From Candidatus Pacearchaeota archaeon (GTDB lineage: Archaea; Nanobdellota; Nanobdellia; Pacearchaeales; GW2011-AR1), in assembly GCA_016867035.1 (NCBI GenBank), contig VGKO01000002.1, forward strand, positions 1 through 47,105: 47,105 bases of DNA, in the 5' to 3' direction. A program made the translations under genes and the position numbers. Under the pieces are notes generated by a model. It was given only the letters and a program-made list of their open reading frames with translations, was not told the origin of the DNA and did no database searches. Below are positions 9,108 to 17,272 of this stretch, one piece after another; the first letter of the stretch is position 1; the number at the start of each line of letters is the position of its first letter.

Positions 9108-9178
9108 TGGGCACAGGAGGAGTTGAACCTCCGAATACTCGGTGTAAACGAGTCAGTTTACCGCTAGCTTATGCGCCC
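9108..9178 (-). tRNA. tRNA-Val (anticodon UAC)
   Basis: Manual fold: acceptor GGGCGCA/TGTGCCC (one G-U), D arm AGCT-AGCGGTA-AACT (one C-A mismatch), anticodon stem ACTCG/CGAGT with loop TTTACAC, T arm GGAGG-TTCAACT-CCTCC, discriminator A, no encoded CCA. Confidence 0.85.
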
Positions 9179-9232
9179 GCATAAAATACATAAATTTTAA
9201 CATTTTATAAACATATCTAAAAGCTAGCGGTT

Positions 9233-9320
9233 GAGTCAGTTTACCGCTATGTACAACTTCTTCGAAAATAGTTAGAAGTTGGACAGACAGAAAATCATAT
9301 TTTCTGTAGCTTATGCGCCC
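9233..9320 (-). pseudogene. tRNA-Val 5' fragment (positions 1-30) interrupted by a 57-nt insertion in the D loop
   Basis: The minus strand reads GGGCGCATAAGCTA-[57 nt]-AGCGGTAAACTGACTC, identical to tRNA-Val positions 1-14 and 15-30, then diverges. No anticodon loop, T arm or 3' acceptor follows. Confidence 0.5.
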
Positions 9321-9384
9321 TTAAACATAAAAATACTTAGAAGGAAGAGTTTTTAAATCTTAAGTGTCAATTAAAACTAGCAGT

Positions 9385-9455
9385 GCGCTGCTAGTTTATC
9401 GGTAGAACACATCGTTGCCAACGATGAAAGCCGGGTTCAATTCCCGGGTGGCGCA
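9385..9455 (+). tRNA. tRNA-Gly (anticodon GCC)
   Basis: Manual fold: acceptor GCGCTGC/GTGGCGC (two G-U), D arm GTTT-ATCGGTA-GAAC, anticodon stem CATCG/CGATG with loop TTGCCAA, T arm CCGGG-TTCAATT-CCCGG, discriminator A. Confidence 0.9.
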
Positions 9456-9505
9456 TTTTTGAATGAACCGGGAATTGCCTGTAATTAAAATGTGGCGCCC
9501 GGGCA

Positions 9506-9516
9506 GGGTGGCGCAT
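9506..9516 (+). repeat. Echo of the tRNA-Gly 3' end (11/11 identical to 9446-9456)
   Basis: gggtggcgcat is repeated with a 60-nt period. The spacer contains CCGGG...CCCGG, a T-stem-like pair around a 25-nt loop. Confidence 0.9.
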
Positions 9517-9594
9517 CCTTAAGATCTTCTAAAAAACTCAAATAAATAGTGCAGAAATAAGTAAGTTTATATATTTGTTTGAACTAAAAGAAAT

Positions 9595-10320
9595 ATGTCC
9601 AAACTTGAAGAGCATTTTAATAGAGCGAGAACACCCCAAGACTTACAAGAAGTTCTAACTTTAATTTGGGGCTCCAAGGTTGTTAAACAAGTAATTGGCA
9701 ATTCTAGAAGACATGCAGAGCATGAAGCAAGTTTTTTACAACTTCAAGCAACAATTACTGATCCTTTAGAGTATTTTGATGCTGTTAGAAATTTATTTGA
9801 AGCAAGAAAAAAAGAATACTTAGTGGGATTAAAGGATTATACAAGAATAAAACACGAGGAAAGAGGAATACCTTATGAGGCTATGGCCCTTGCAATAACC
9901 ACGGAGCAAGCCATAGATGACAAATGGTTGGAAATGAGAATTCATGGTTTATATTACCCGAAACCAAGAGAAAAAGATGCTTTTGAATTAGCAACAACTA
10001 CAGAAGAAAGAATAACAGAGTTAACCAAAGTCCTTGGAGAAAAACAAATACAGGTTCTACTTGAAAATGCTTTCGATATGGCTTGTAGCGTGTGTGAAAA
10101 GATAAAATCTGATTATAGTCCGGAGGAATATAAAAGATTAGTAATGGATTCTTGTGCAAAATTGCGAAGGAATATGGTAACTTGTGCTTACAGAGCAATT
10201 AGAAAAATTCAGTTTACAACAAAACTTCCCTGTGATAGGTTACCTGAATTGGGTTTAAGATTAGGAAAACTGGGCATAACCCAGGAAGGTAAACCTTTAG
10301 AAGAAAGAAGTTTAGAATAA
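9595..10320 (+). CDS. Hypothetical protein (241 aa, predicted helical)
   Basis: ATG ORF with tttatata box 21 nt upstream (leaderless spacing). No recognised domain. Confidence 0.55.
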   Translation: MSKLEEHFNRARTPQDLQEVLTLIWGSKVVKQVIGNSRRHAEHEASFLQLQATITDPLEYFDAVRNLFEARKKEYLVGLKDYTRIKHEERGIPYEAMALAITTEQAIDDKWLEMRIHGLYYPKPREKDAFELATTTEERITELTKVLGEKQIQVLLENAFDMACSVCEKIKSDYSPEEYKRLVMDSCAKLRRNMVTCAYRAIRKIQFTTKLPCDRLPELGLRLGKLGITQEGKPLEERSLE

Positions 10321-10401
10321 CTCGAGAACATAAATGCTTATAAATATAAAAATTTTCTTTAGAAAAGAAAGTTTCTATGCTTCAAAGAAACAATATAAAA
10401 C

Positions 10402-10794
10402 ATGACACGAGCATTAACTTATAGAGAACTTGCAAGAATAAGAGGTTTTATAGATTTAGAGGTTCCTGAATCAAGGAGGCTAGTAAGAGGAAAAATAAAT
10501 CTTCCTTTAGAAATTTTTTTTGATATGAATGGTCCCGAAGTTATTGCTTGGGCAAATCATGTTTCTGGTTCGAGTAATCCTAGAAATCCTATTGTTGGAT
10601 TGAGGGGTATTGTTATAAAAGAACCTACGCCACTAACAATTAAAATATCAAATTCGGGTTTGGTTTTTGATAAAGGAATTTATAAATTTGGCCCAGAGCT
10701 AACAGGAATAGCTTGCTCTTTTTATTATCCCGATATGGCTTCTTATGGGGCGCTTGCTAATAGATTAAAACAAGAGGAGTTTAATTTAGCCTAA
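10402..10794 (+). CDS. Hypothetical protein (130 aa)
   Basis: ATG ORF with no domain recognised. No canonical TATA spacing, so possibly co-transcribed with 9595..10320. Confidence 0.5.
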   Translation: MTRALTYRELARIRGFIDLEVPESRRLVRGKINLPLEIFFDMNGPEVIAWANHVSGSSNPRNPIVGLRGIVIKEPTPLTIKISNSGLVFDKGIYKFGPELTGIACSFYYPDMASYGALANRLKQEEFNLA

Positions 10795-10798
10795 TAAA

Positions 10799-11152
10799 AT
10801 GGAACTAGTTGCATTATTATCTACAGGCGAGGGAACATGGGCACAAGTAGCCGGTTTGATTAAGCAAGGCGAGTGGGATAAAATAATTCTTATTGGAAAT
10901 GATTTTGCACGTAAATTTCAAGTGCCTGAAATGATTAAATATGAATTCATTGAAATCAAGTCCTCAAGACTTGCTGAACTTAAAGAGGAGATTCAACAAA
11001 AACTTGCTGGAAAGATTAATGGTACAGAAGTTGCTTTAAGTATTGCAAGTGGCGATGGAAAAGAGCATATGGCTTTAATTTCAGCTTTACTAAGCTTGCC
11101 TGTTGGAGTTAGATTTACAGCTTTAACAAAAGACGGAATTGTTATGTTATAG
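10799..11152 (+). CDS. Small conserved-looking hypothetical protein (117 aa, alternating beta/alpha pattern)
   Basis: ATG 5 nt after the previous stop. LVALLSTGEGTW...KIILIGND...SGDGKEHMALISALL suggests a Rossmann-like fold. Function unknown. Confidence 0.55.
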   Translation: MELVALLSTGEGTWAQVAGLIKQGEWDKIILIGNDFARKFQVPEMIKYEFIEIKSSRLAELKEEIQQKLAGKINGTEVALSIASGDGKEHMALISALLSLPVGVRFTALTKDGIVML

Positions 11153-11716
11153 TTTTCCAGGGGTTTCTAAAGGATCTTCTACAAAAAAAGAATAATTTGT
11201 CCATGCATTTTCAAAATCAGCAAAGGCAGGAGTCTGTTTTGGATTAAATCCTATAAAAACCGGGCTAGTTCTCAAATATAATCTTTCATTTTCATTCCTT
11301 TCATAGATTCTATGTTTAAACATAACTGTTAGCGGAAAATCACTCTCTTGCATAGCTAGCATTAATCCACTTCGGGTTGTTAAATCTCTTACTATAGCTG
11401 GAGCAGAGAATATCCTTAATCCAGGATAGATGGCTCTAGCAAAACTTACTCCATGTCTTAAATTTTTAGAAGCTTGCGCATTCACAAGCAAAGCCTCTGG
11501 AGTTATTGAATCTTGAATTGGTTCTCCACCGAATCTAATTTGTTTTTCAGGTAAATAAAATAAAAAGCTAGAACCAGGAATGTGAAAAGAAGCAAACATT
11601 GTTTTTAATTGCTCTAAAACCTCGGGATGTCTTTCTAAATCACCAACACGATTAACTAATCTCTCACAAATACCTGGCAAGAATTCTGCAAGTTCAAAAG
11701 ATTTATCTTCAAGCAT
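11147..11716 (-). CDS. Hypothetical protein (189 aa)
   Basis: ATG ORF whose stop lies 1 nt from the thermosome start on the same strand. No recognised domain. Confidence 0.55.
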   Translation of the reverse strand: MLEDKSFELAEFLPGICERLVNRVGDLERHPEVLEQLKTMFASFHIPGSSFLFYLPEKQIRFGGEPIQDSITPEALLVNAQASKNLRHGVSFARAIYPGLRIFSAPAIVRDLTTRSGLMLAMQESDFPLTVMFKHRIYERNENERLYLRTSPVFIGFNPKQTPAFADFENAWTNYSFFVEDPLETPGKL

Positions 11717-11717
11717 A

Positions 11718-13337
11718 TTAAAAATCCTCGCTGAGATTAGGCATGGAATTTATTTTTCCATTTTGTTTAGAGTTAGCAGCAAGCACATCATCTATTCTTA
11801 AAATCATCATTGCAACCTCGCTAGCACTCGATAAGGCTTGGGTTTTAGTTTTCATTGGCTCTATAACTCCTGCTTCAAGGACATTTTCAATCTTATTACT
11901 AAGTAAATTAATTCCAGTATATCTCTCACCTTTATCATGTCTAGCCCTAAGCTCAGTTATAATATCAATCGGGTCAAGCCCGGCGTTTTCAGCTAAAGCA
12001 CTTGGTATGCTTTCTAAAGCCCTAGCAAACTCTTCAACAGCAAGTTGTTCTCTACCACTAAGGGTTGAAGAAAACTCGCGAAGTTTTTTTGATAATTCGA
12101 TTTCAATCGCACCAGCACCAGCAACTATTTTTCCTTGTTTTAATACACTTGAAATATCTCCAAGTCCGTCGCGAATAGCTCGCTCAATTTCATCAATAAC
12201 ATGTCCTGTTCCACCACGAATTAAAATAGTTACTGCCCTAGGATTTTCGCAACCTTCTATATAAGTCATTTTATCTTCTCCTTGCGATACTTCGCGAACA
12301 ATACTGGCTTTTCCAAGCTCCTGAGTATTAAGTTCATTGATATTACTTATAATATGGCCTCCTGTTGCCCTTGCTAATTTTTCCATATCACTTTTTGAAA
12401 CTCGGCGACAAGCATAGATTCCAAGCTTAGCCAAGTAATATTGTGCTAAATCATCAATTCCTCTTTGGCAAAAAACAACATTGGCTCCTGAAGCAAGAAT
12501 TTTACTAGTCATTTCTTTTAACATTTTTTCTTCGCGGTCCATAAAGCCTTGTAATTGTTCTGGACTAGTAATAGAAATTCTAGTTTCACCCTCTGGACCG
12601 CGGACTTCTAGAGCAAAATCAACTAAAGCTATCTTTGCACTATTAACTAGGGTTGGCATTTCAATATTTACTCGTTCTTTATCAATAACAAGTCCTTGAA
12701 TTAGTTCTGAGTTTTCAATTGCTTGCCCTTTGGACTTTTCAATTTTAATGTCATCAAGATTAATAGTTTTATTTGCTTGATTAGAAACTCTTTTGATAGC
12801 TCTAACAATTATATCTGCAAGTTTTTCTTTATCATTTTCAGCACCCTTGCCAGTCATTGCAGTCATAGCAACATATCTTAAGATATCATCCCTATCATAG
12901 TTAACAGGAATAGCGATTTCTTCGAGAATTTTTTCTGCTTGGACAGTCGCTAATTTATATCCCTTAATTATAACTGTCGGATGTATTTTCATATCCAAAA
13001 GTTTCTCTGCATTTTCAAGCAGTTTGCCTGCAAGCAAAACAGCAGTCGTAGTTCCATCTCCAACCTCATTTTCTTGGGTTTTAGCAATATCCACCATCAT
13101 TTTTGCAGCAGGATGCTCTATTTCCATTTCTTCAAGTATAGTAACTCCGTCATTTGTAATAATAATGTTTCCAACACTATCCACAAGCATCTTATCCATT
13201 CCTTTTGGGCCCAGAGTGGTCTTAACAGTATCTGCAATTATTTTGGCAGCAAGAATATTATTTCTTTGCGCGTCTCTGCCAACTGTTCTTTGCACATTTT
13301 CCGGCATGATATAGATTGGTTGTTTTTCGTTTGACAT
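11718..13337 (-). CDS. ths: Thermosome subunit (group II chaperonin)
   Basis: [51 protein letters not shown]: canonical group II chaperonin motifs. 539 aa. Confidence 0.95.
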   Translation of the reverse strand: MSNEKQPIYIMPENVQRTVGRDAQRNNILAAKIIADTVKTTLGPKGMDKMLVDSVGNIIITNDGVTILEEMEIEHPAAKMMVDIAKTQENEVGDGTTTAVLLAGKLLENAEKLLDMKIHPTVIIKGYKLATVQAEKILEEIAIPVNYDRDDILRYVAMTAMTGKGAENDKEKLADIIVRAIKRVSNQANKTINLDDIKIEKSKGQAIENSELIQGLVIDKERVNIEMPTLVNSAKIALVDFALEVRGPEGETRISITSPEQLQGFMDREEKMLKEMTSKILASGANVVFCQRGIDDLAQYYLAKLGIYACRRVSKSDMEKLARATGGHIISNINELNTQELGKASIVREVSQGEDKMTYIEGCENPRAVTILIRGGTGHVIDEIERAIRDGLGDISSVLKQGKIVAGAGAIEIELSKKLREFSSTLSGREQLAVEEFARALESIPSALAENAGLDPIDIITELRARHDKGERYTGINLLSNKIENVLEAGVIEPMKTKTQALSSASEVAMMILRIDDVLAANSKQNGKINSMPNLSEDF

Positions 13338-13356
13338 CTTTTTTTATTTATTATCT

Positions 13357-13767
13357 TTATCTTCCTGTTCTCAAATAAGCTTCTGCTTCGTCTAGTTTAT
13401 TTTGAAGTGCAGGATTATCATATCTTCCCGCAATCTGTTCCATTCTTCTATAAGCATCAAGTCTCTCGAGTCTTCGAAGATTAAGCCCGGGGGCAATATT
13501 TCTTACAAGATCAAAATCCCTATAAAAAGTATTCATATCTTTAATTGTTTCTTGAACTGCCCTTCTAACTTTTGCTCTAATAGTAATAGGTTCTCTTCGC
13601 TTTCTTGAGGGTGCTACTTTTGGAAGAGTGTTCAAAGAGCGAATATATCCAAATCTTCTTCTAGCTCGCTCTCTAAAATAAGGATGCTCTGCAATTCTTG
13701 AAGGAGCAGTTGGATCTGCATTTATAACTCTAGTTAATAGATTAGTTGGTTCGGTTGATTTGCCCAT
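13357..13767 (-). CDS. Basic (Arg-rich) hypothetical protein (136 aa)
   Basis: ATG ORF with high R content (RERARRRFGY, SRKRREPITIRAKVRR). No recognised domain. Confidence 0.5.
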   Translation of the reverse strand: MGKSTEPTNLLTRVINADPTAPSRIAEHPYFRERARRRFGYIRSLNTLPKVAPSRKRREPITIRAKVRRAVQETIKDMNTFYRDFDLVRNIAPGLNLRRLERLDAYRRMEQIAGRYDNPALQNKLDEAEAYLRTGR

Positions 13768-13903
13768 TTTTACATAAATTTATGTAGCTATTAACTTTTA
13801 AAGATTGTTATTCACCAGCATACAAAACCCATGCCTTTAGAACCTTATAAAAAGATATTTAAATGGGTTTTTCCAATATAACCTATAAAAGATTTCAAAA
13901 AAG

Positions 13904-14407
13904 ATGGCAGAACGAGACAATATTCTTGGAGCAAAAGTAAAACATAATGGTGTTTTCGATTTTAAAGAGACTTATAGAATTCTCTATGAATGGCTAGTAA
14001 GCCAAGGCTATGATATGAATGAGAAAACCTATAAAGAGGTAATTGGTGCAGGCGGAGCTAAAGAGCTTGAGATTGAATGGGAAGCAATAAGAAAAGTATC
14101 AGATTATTTTAGATTCTTGTTAAAGGTAGATTGGAAAATAATTGGAATGACCTCTGTTGAAGTTGAAATTGATGGTGTAAAACAAAAAATGAATAAAGGC
14201 CAGTTTGAAATAGGAGTTAAAGCCATTCTTATAAAAGATTACGAAAATAGATGGGAAAATAGACCGATTTGGAAGTTCCTTCGGGGATTATATGATAAGT
14301 ATGTTATAAAAGAACGCCAAGACCAATATGAAGGAAAATTAATTGGCGAGATGGATGAATTCTTAGCTCAATGCAAGGCTTATTTAGCTTTAACAGGTAG
14401 AAGATAA
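13904..14407 (+). CDS. Hypothetical protein (167 aa)
   Basis: ATG ORF with no recognised domain. Confidence 0.55.
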   Translation: MAERDNILGAKVKHNGVFDFKETYRILYEWLVSQGYDMNEKTYKEVIGAGGAKELEIEWEAIRKVSDYFRFLLKVDWKIIGMTSVEVEIDGVKQKMNKGQFEIGVKAILIKDYENRWENRPIWKFLRGLYDKYVIKERQDQYEGKLIGEMDEFLAQCKAYLALTGRR

Positions 14408-14420
14408 AAATTATTTTTTA

Positions 14421-15584
14421 TTATTTACTCAATTTCTTAATTAATTCTGTTTGAGAAAGCATTTCTTCTTTTCCTGTTTTCATATCACGAAGCTTTAATT
14501 TCTTTTTCTTTATTTCATCCTCTCCTATAAATATTACTTTATCAATTAAATAAGCATTTGCATACTCAAGTGCCTTGCTAACTTTATTATACATAACAAC
14601 ACAAGAAAGATTATTTTCTCGTAGTTCTTCTGCAAGTTTTATTGATTCTTTATCCTGTCCAAGAGAAATAATCAAAGTTTGACTATTCTTATTTTTTAGT
14701 TTAGCTAATTGACTTAATCTCTCTAAGCCAAAACTAATCCCTGTAGATTGAGCTCCATTAAACATATAACTACCGCCACCGCAAACACTTTCTTTCATCT
14801 CAAGAGTTTTTACCTCGAAAACATTGGCGTTATAATAACTCAAACCCCTAGCAAGTGTTGGTAAAAAGTTTGTTTTAATTCCATAATTTGAACAGGCTTC
14901 TTTTAATTGCTGAACATCAGAGTAACTTGCATACTTTTCAAAATATTTTTCAGATTTCTTAAAAATATCAATCAGTTTTTCTGCCTTATATTTCTTCAAA
15001 TTATCTTTTACTTCTTTCTCCGAGAGCTTATCCAGCTTGTCTACTTCTTTTATAACCTCGATTCTATCCTTTTCTTTGATACCTTCAGATTCAAGAATTT
15101 CATTCATTAATCTACGACTATTAACATTAATAACTGCTTTAATTCCTAGCTCTTCCAAAATCTTTGAAGTTATAGCAAGTATTTCAGCATCATCTTTAAT
15201 ACTCGAGCCAATAATATCAATATCACATTGGGTAAATTGTCTAAATCTATTTCCAGTAGTAGGCTCGTCTCTAAAAACAGGGCCTATTTGATATCTCTTA
15301 TAAGGCAGTTTTTTATTTTGCATTAATCTTTTAAGCTGAAAGGTTAATTCATAACGGAGAGCAAGGTTTCTTTCACCTTTGTCTTTTAATCTAAATATAT
15401 CGCTAACAGCTTCATCATTAGAGTTATCTCCCCTGACAAATTCCTCATTTTCTATTATTGGGGCTTCAGCAGGTTCAAATCCAAATAGCTCAAAATTCTT
15501 TACAAGAATTTTGCGTATTTCTTCTCTTATCCTAGCTTCCTCGCCAGTATAATCTTTAAAGCCTTTTACACATTCGTTTGCCAT
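14421..15584 (-). CDS. hisS: Histidine--tRNA ligase (class II)
   Basis: RYELTFQLKR, YQIGPVFRDEPTTGNRFRQFTQCDIDIIG (motif 2 region), GGGSY...GISFGLERL (motif 3 region), and a C-terminal anticodon-binding domain. The listed start at 15593 is TTG; the first ATG (MANECVKGF) is at 15584, ~28 nt downstream of a TTTATAAAA box. Confidence 0.9.
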   Translation of the reverse strand: MANECVKGFKDYTGEEARIREEIRKILVKNFELFGFEPAEAPIIENEEFVRGDNSNDEAVSDIFRLKDKGERNLALRYELTFQLKRLMQNKKLPYKRYQIGPVFRDEPTTGNRFRQFTQCDIDIIGSSIKDDAEILAITSKILEELGIKAVINVNSRRLMNEILESEGIKEKDRIEVIKEVDKLDKLSEKEVKDNLKKYKAEKLIDIFKKSEKYFEKYASYSDVQQLKEACSNYGIKTNFLPTLARGLSYYNANVFEVKTLEMKESVCGGGSYMFNGAQSTGISFGLERLSQLAKLKNKNSQTLIISLGQDKESIKLAEELRENNLSCVVMYNKVSKALEYANAYLIDKVIFIGEDEIKKKKLKLRDMKTGKEEMLSQTELIKKLSK

Positions 15585-15624
15585 CTTTTTCAATCTATTA
15601 TAAGATTCCTCCTTTTATAAACAA

Positions 15625-15696
15625 AGCGAAAGGAGGGAGTCGAACCCTCGTCTCAAGAGCCACAGTCTCGCATTCTACCGTTAAACTACAATCGCC
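15625..15696 (-). tRNA. tRNA-His (anticodon GUG) with encoded G-1 and an atypical acceptor stem
   Basis: Manual fold: G-1, acceptor GCGATTG/CTTTCGC (5 Watson-Crick pairs plus two adjacent U-U mismatches), D arm GTTT-AACGGTA-GAAT, anticodon stem CGAGA/TCTTG with loop CTGTGGC, T arm GAGGG-TTCGACT-CCCTC, position 73 = U. Needs covariance-model confirmation. Confidence 0.7.
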
Positions 15697-15995
15697 ATAA
15701 CTACTTGTATTATATTTAATTAAAACAAAGGGTGATTTAAAAGGTTTGTTAAGTATCAATAATGTAGTTTTCTCTTTAGATAAACTAAAACCTTTTAAAT
15801 TTACATTAGAATTATTAAAAATTATCAAGTTAGAAGCCGAGCAAGAGGAGGCTTCGAAGCAGTTAAGCGAGCCAGTTGCTATTTTATTATTTGAAGAATT
15901 AAAGCTTAAGCTAGGGAAATCTGCCTGATTAGTGCCGACAACCTCTAACTTTAATTGCCATACTAAAAAAATAAAGCAGAGGTTTATAAATTTTT

Positions 15996-16004
15996 GCTTT
16001 ATTA
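15996..16004. repeat. Left target-site duplication (gctttatta)
   Basis: 9 bp identical to 20717-20725 and directly abutting the left terminal inverted repeat. Confidence 0.8.
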
Positions 16005-16026
16005 TGTATTGTTAAGTTAACGGGAG
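16005..16026 (+). repeat. Left terminal inverted repeat (tgtattgttaagttaacgggag)
   Basis: The reverse complement of 20695-20716 is tgtattgttaagttagcgggtg. The first 15 nt are identical; 20/22 overall. Confidence 0.85.
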
Positions 16027-16044
16027 TTTTCTGCTCAAAAAAAT

Positions 16045-16212
16045 TTAGTTCTTTTTCTTTTTTATAACTAAATTAGAATCTTTTATTTCTCCTTCTAGTT
16101 CTTGTCCAGTTTTCCAGTTGAGTTCTTCAAGCAGTTTAGAAGGTACTACAATCCAAAATTTCTCGTATTTCTCTCCTTTATACTCCCTGCTTATTTGAGA
16201 TTGTAGTTTCAT
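16045..16212 (-). CDS. AbrB/SpoVT-type DNA-binding protein (55 aa; below the ORF-track cutoff)
   Basis: Own translation: MKLQSQISREYKGEKYEKFWIVVPSKLLEELNWKTGQELEGEIKDSNLVIKKKKN. The VVPSKLLEELNWKTGQEL..LVI pattern fits a looped-hinge-helix (SpoVT/AbrB) domain. tttataaa box (16234-16241) 21 nt upstream of the ATG. Confidence 0.55.
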   Translation of the reverse strand: MKLQSQISREYKGEKYEKFWIVVPSKLLEELNWKTGQELEGEIKDSNLVIKKKKN

Positions 16213-16216
16213 AAAT

Positions 16217-16318
16217 GTTTTAGGTATCTATCCTTTATAAACTTTTAGGTGTCTAATTTTATCTACTTTAAAGTTACATTTTAGATACCGAAAGATTTAT
16301 ATAGTTTAGGTATCTAAA
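16217..16318. promoter_or_regulatory. Divergent promoter region with four copies of TTTAGGTATCTA-like motif
   Basis: ttttaggtatcta 16217-16230, ttttaggtgtcta 16243-16255, ttttagatacc 16279-16289 (inverted), tttaggtatctaaa 16305-16318. TATA boxes at 16234-16241 (abrB-like) and 16296-16303 (transposase) are each bracketed by two copies. Confidence 0.6.
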
Positions 16319-16324
16319 TATATT

Positions 16325-17233
16325 ATGGCAGAAAGAATAATATGCTCAAAATGTGAATCAGAAAAAATTAAGAAAGATGGAAAGAGAAAAACTGAAAATA
16401 AAGGTCTAATCCAGAGATATAAATGCCTTGATTGTAGAACAAGATTTGTCGTTGATGATGGTTTTTTTAGAATGAGAAACAGCCCATTAAAAATAACTCA
16501 AGCTGTAGATCTTTATTTTAGAGGAGCTTCCACTCGTGGAGTTCAAGGACATCAAGGAATGTTCTTCCCACATAATGCTTCTAATGTTTCTATTTATGCT
16601 TGGGTTTTGAAGTATAGTAAAATGATAAGCAAGTTCACAAATAAACTAAAGCTAAAGGTTGGATTTGAAGCACAAGTTGATGAGATAGAGTTTCACAGAA
16701 GAAAGTCGAGCAAAGCAAAATTAGGAACAGAGAAAAACTTCTTTATTGACTCTGTTTGCCCTCAAACAAAGTTTATGCTTTCTTCTGAATATATGAGAAC
16801 AAGAAGTTGCAGAGATATTAAAGCAGTTATTCAGCGAATAAAAGATAGGACAGATACACAAATTAAGATTATGACTACAGATGGTTGGAATGCTTACACA
16901 AATACTTTAAAGAAAGTTTATGGTTATAATAACAAGACAGGGAAATATAATGTAGTTCATAATAGGGTTGTAGTTTCAGAAGAACAAGGCAACTTTAATC
17001 ATCCTATTGAAAGATTACATAATAGTGTTAGAGCCAGAACAAAGGTAATGCGTGGTTTTCATGGCTCAATAAATTCTGCTAATGCTATCTTAAAGGGTTA
17101 TGAAATATTCTACAATTTCATAAACAAGCATCAAGCAATAGGAAAATGCCCTTATGAGTTGGCAACAGATCTTAAACTTACACAAAATAATAAGTGGATA
17201 GAACTAATAAAACTAAGTAAGACCTCTTTCTAG
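16325..17233 (+). CDS. DDE transposase, IS1-family-like (single ORF with N-terminal zinc finger and HTH)
   Basis: CSKCES...GK...QRYKCLDCRTRF resembles the IS1 InsA zinc finger (CPSCS...NGK...QRYLCSHCRKTW). QVDEIEF, MTTDGWNAY and IERLHNSVRARTKVMRGFHGS parallel InsB ADEQW, MTDGWPLY and [25 protein letters not shown]. IS6 cannot be fully excluded. Confidence 0.85.
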   Translation: MAERIICSKCESEKIKKDGKRKTENKGLIQRYKCLDCRTRFVVDDGFFRMRNSPLKITQAVDLYFRGASTRGVQGHQGMFFPHNASNVSIYAWVLKYSKMISKFTNKLKLKVGFEAQVDEIEFHRRKSSKAKLGTEKNFFIDSVCPQTKFMLSSEYMRTRSCRDIKAVIQRIKDRTDTQIKIMTTDGWNAYTNTLKKVYGYNNKTGKYNVVHNRVVVSEEQGNFNHPIERLHNSVRARTKVMRGFHGSINSANAILKGYEIFYNFINKHQAIGKCPYELATDLKLTQNNKWIELIKLSKTSF

Positions 17234-17272
17234 AACAACAAGGATTAAAAATAGCAGAATTCTAATTATTTT

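Noticed and set aside
9050-9520. Integrated virus or plasmid at the tRNA cluster
   Set aside because: tRNA fragments are present, but the duplicated segments lie only 51-60 nt from the genes. No integrase or other mobile-element gene is adjacent. They are reported as an unexplained repeat pattern instead.
11743-13334. Listed plus-strand ORFs inside the thermosome gene (11743..12264, 12481..12699, 12981..13334, 13024..13314)
   Set aside because: Antisense shadows of a highly conserved gene. No motifs and no promoter spacing.
15598-15928. Listed ORFs 15598..15828 (-) and 15746..15928 (+)
   Set aside because: The first runs straight through tRNA-His. The second starts with TTG, has no ATG or promoter, and lies in the tRNA-His upstream region.
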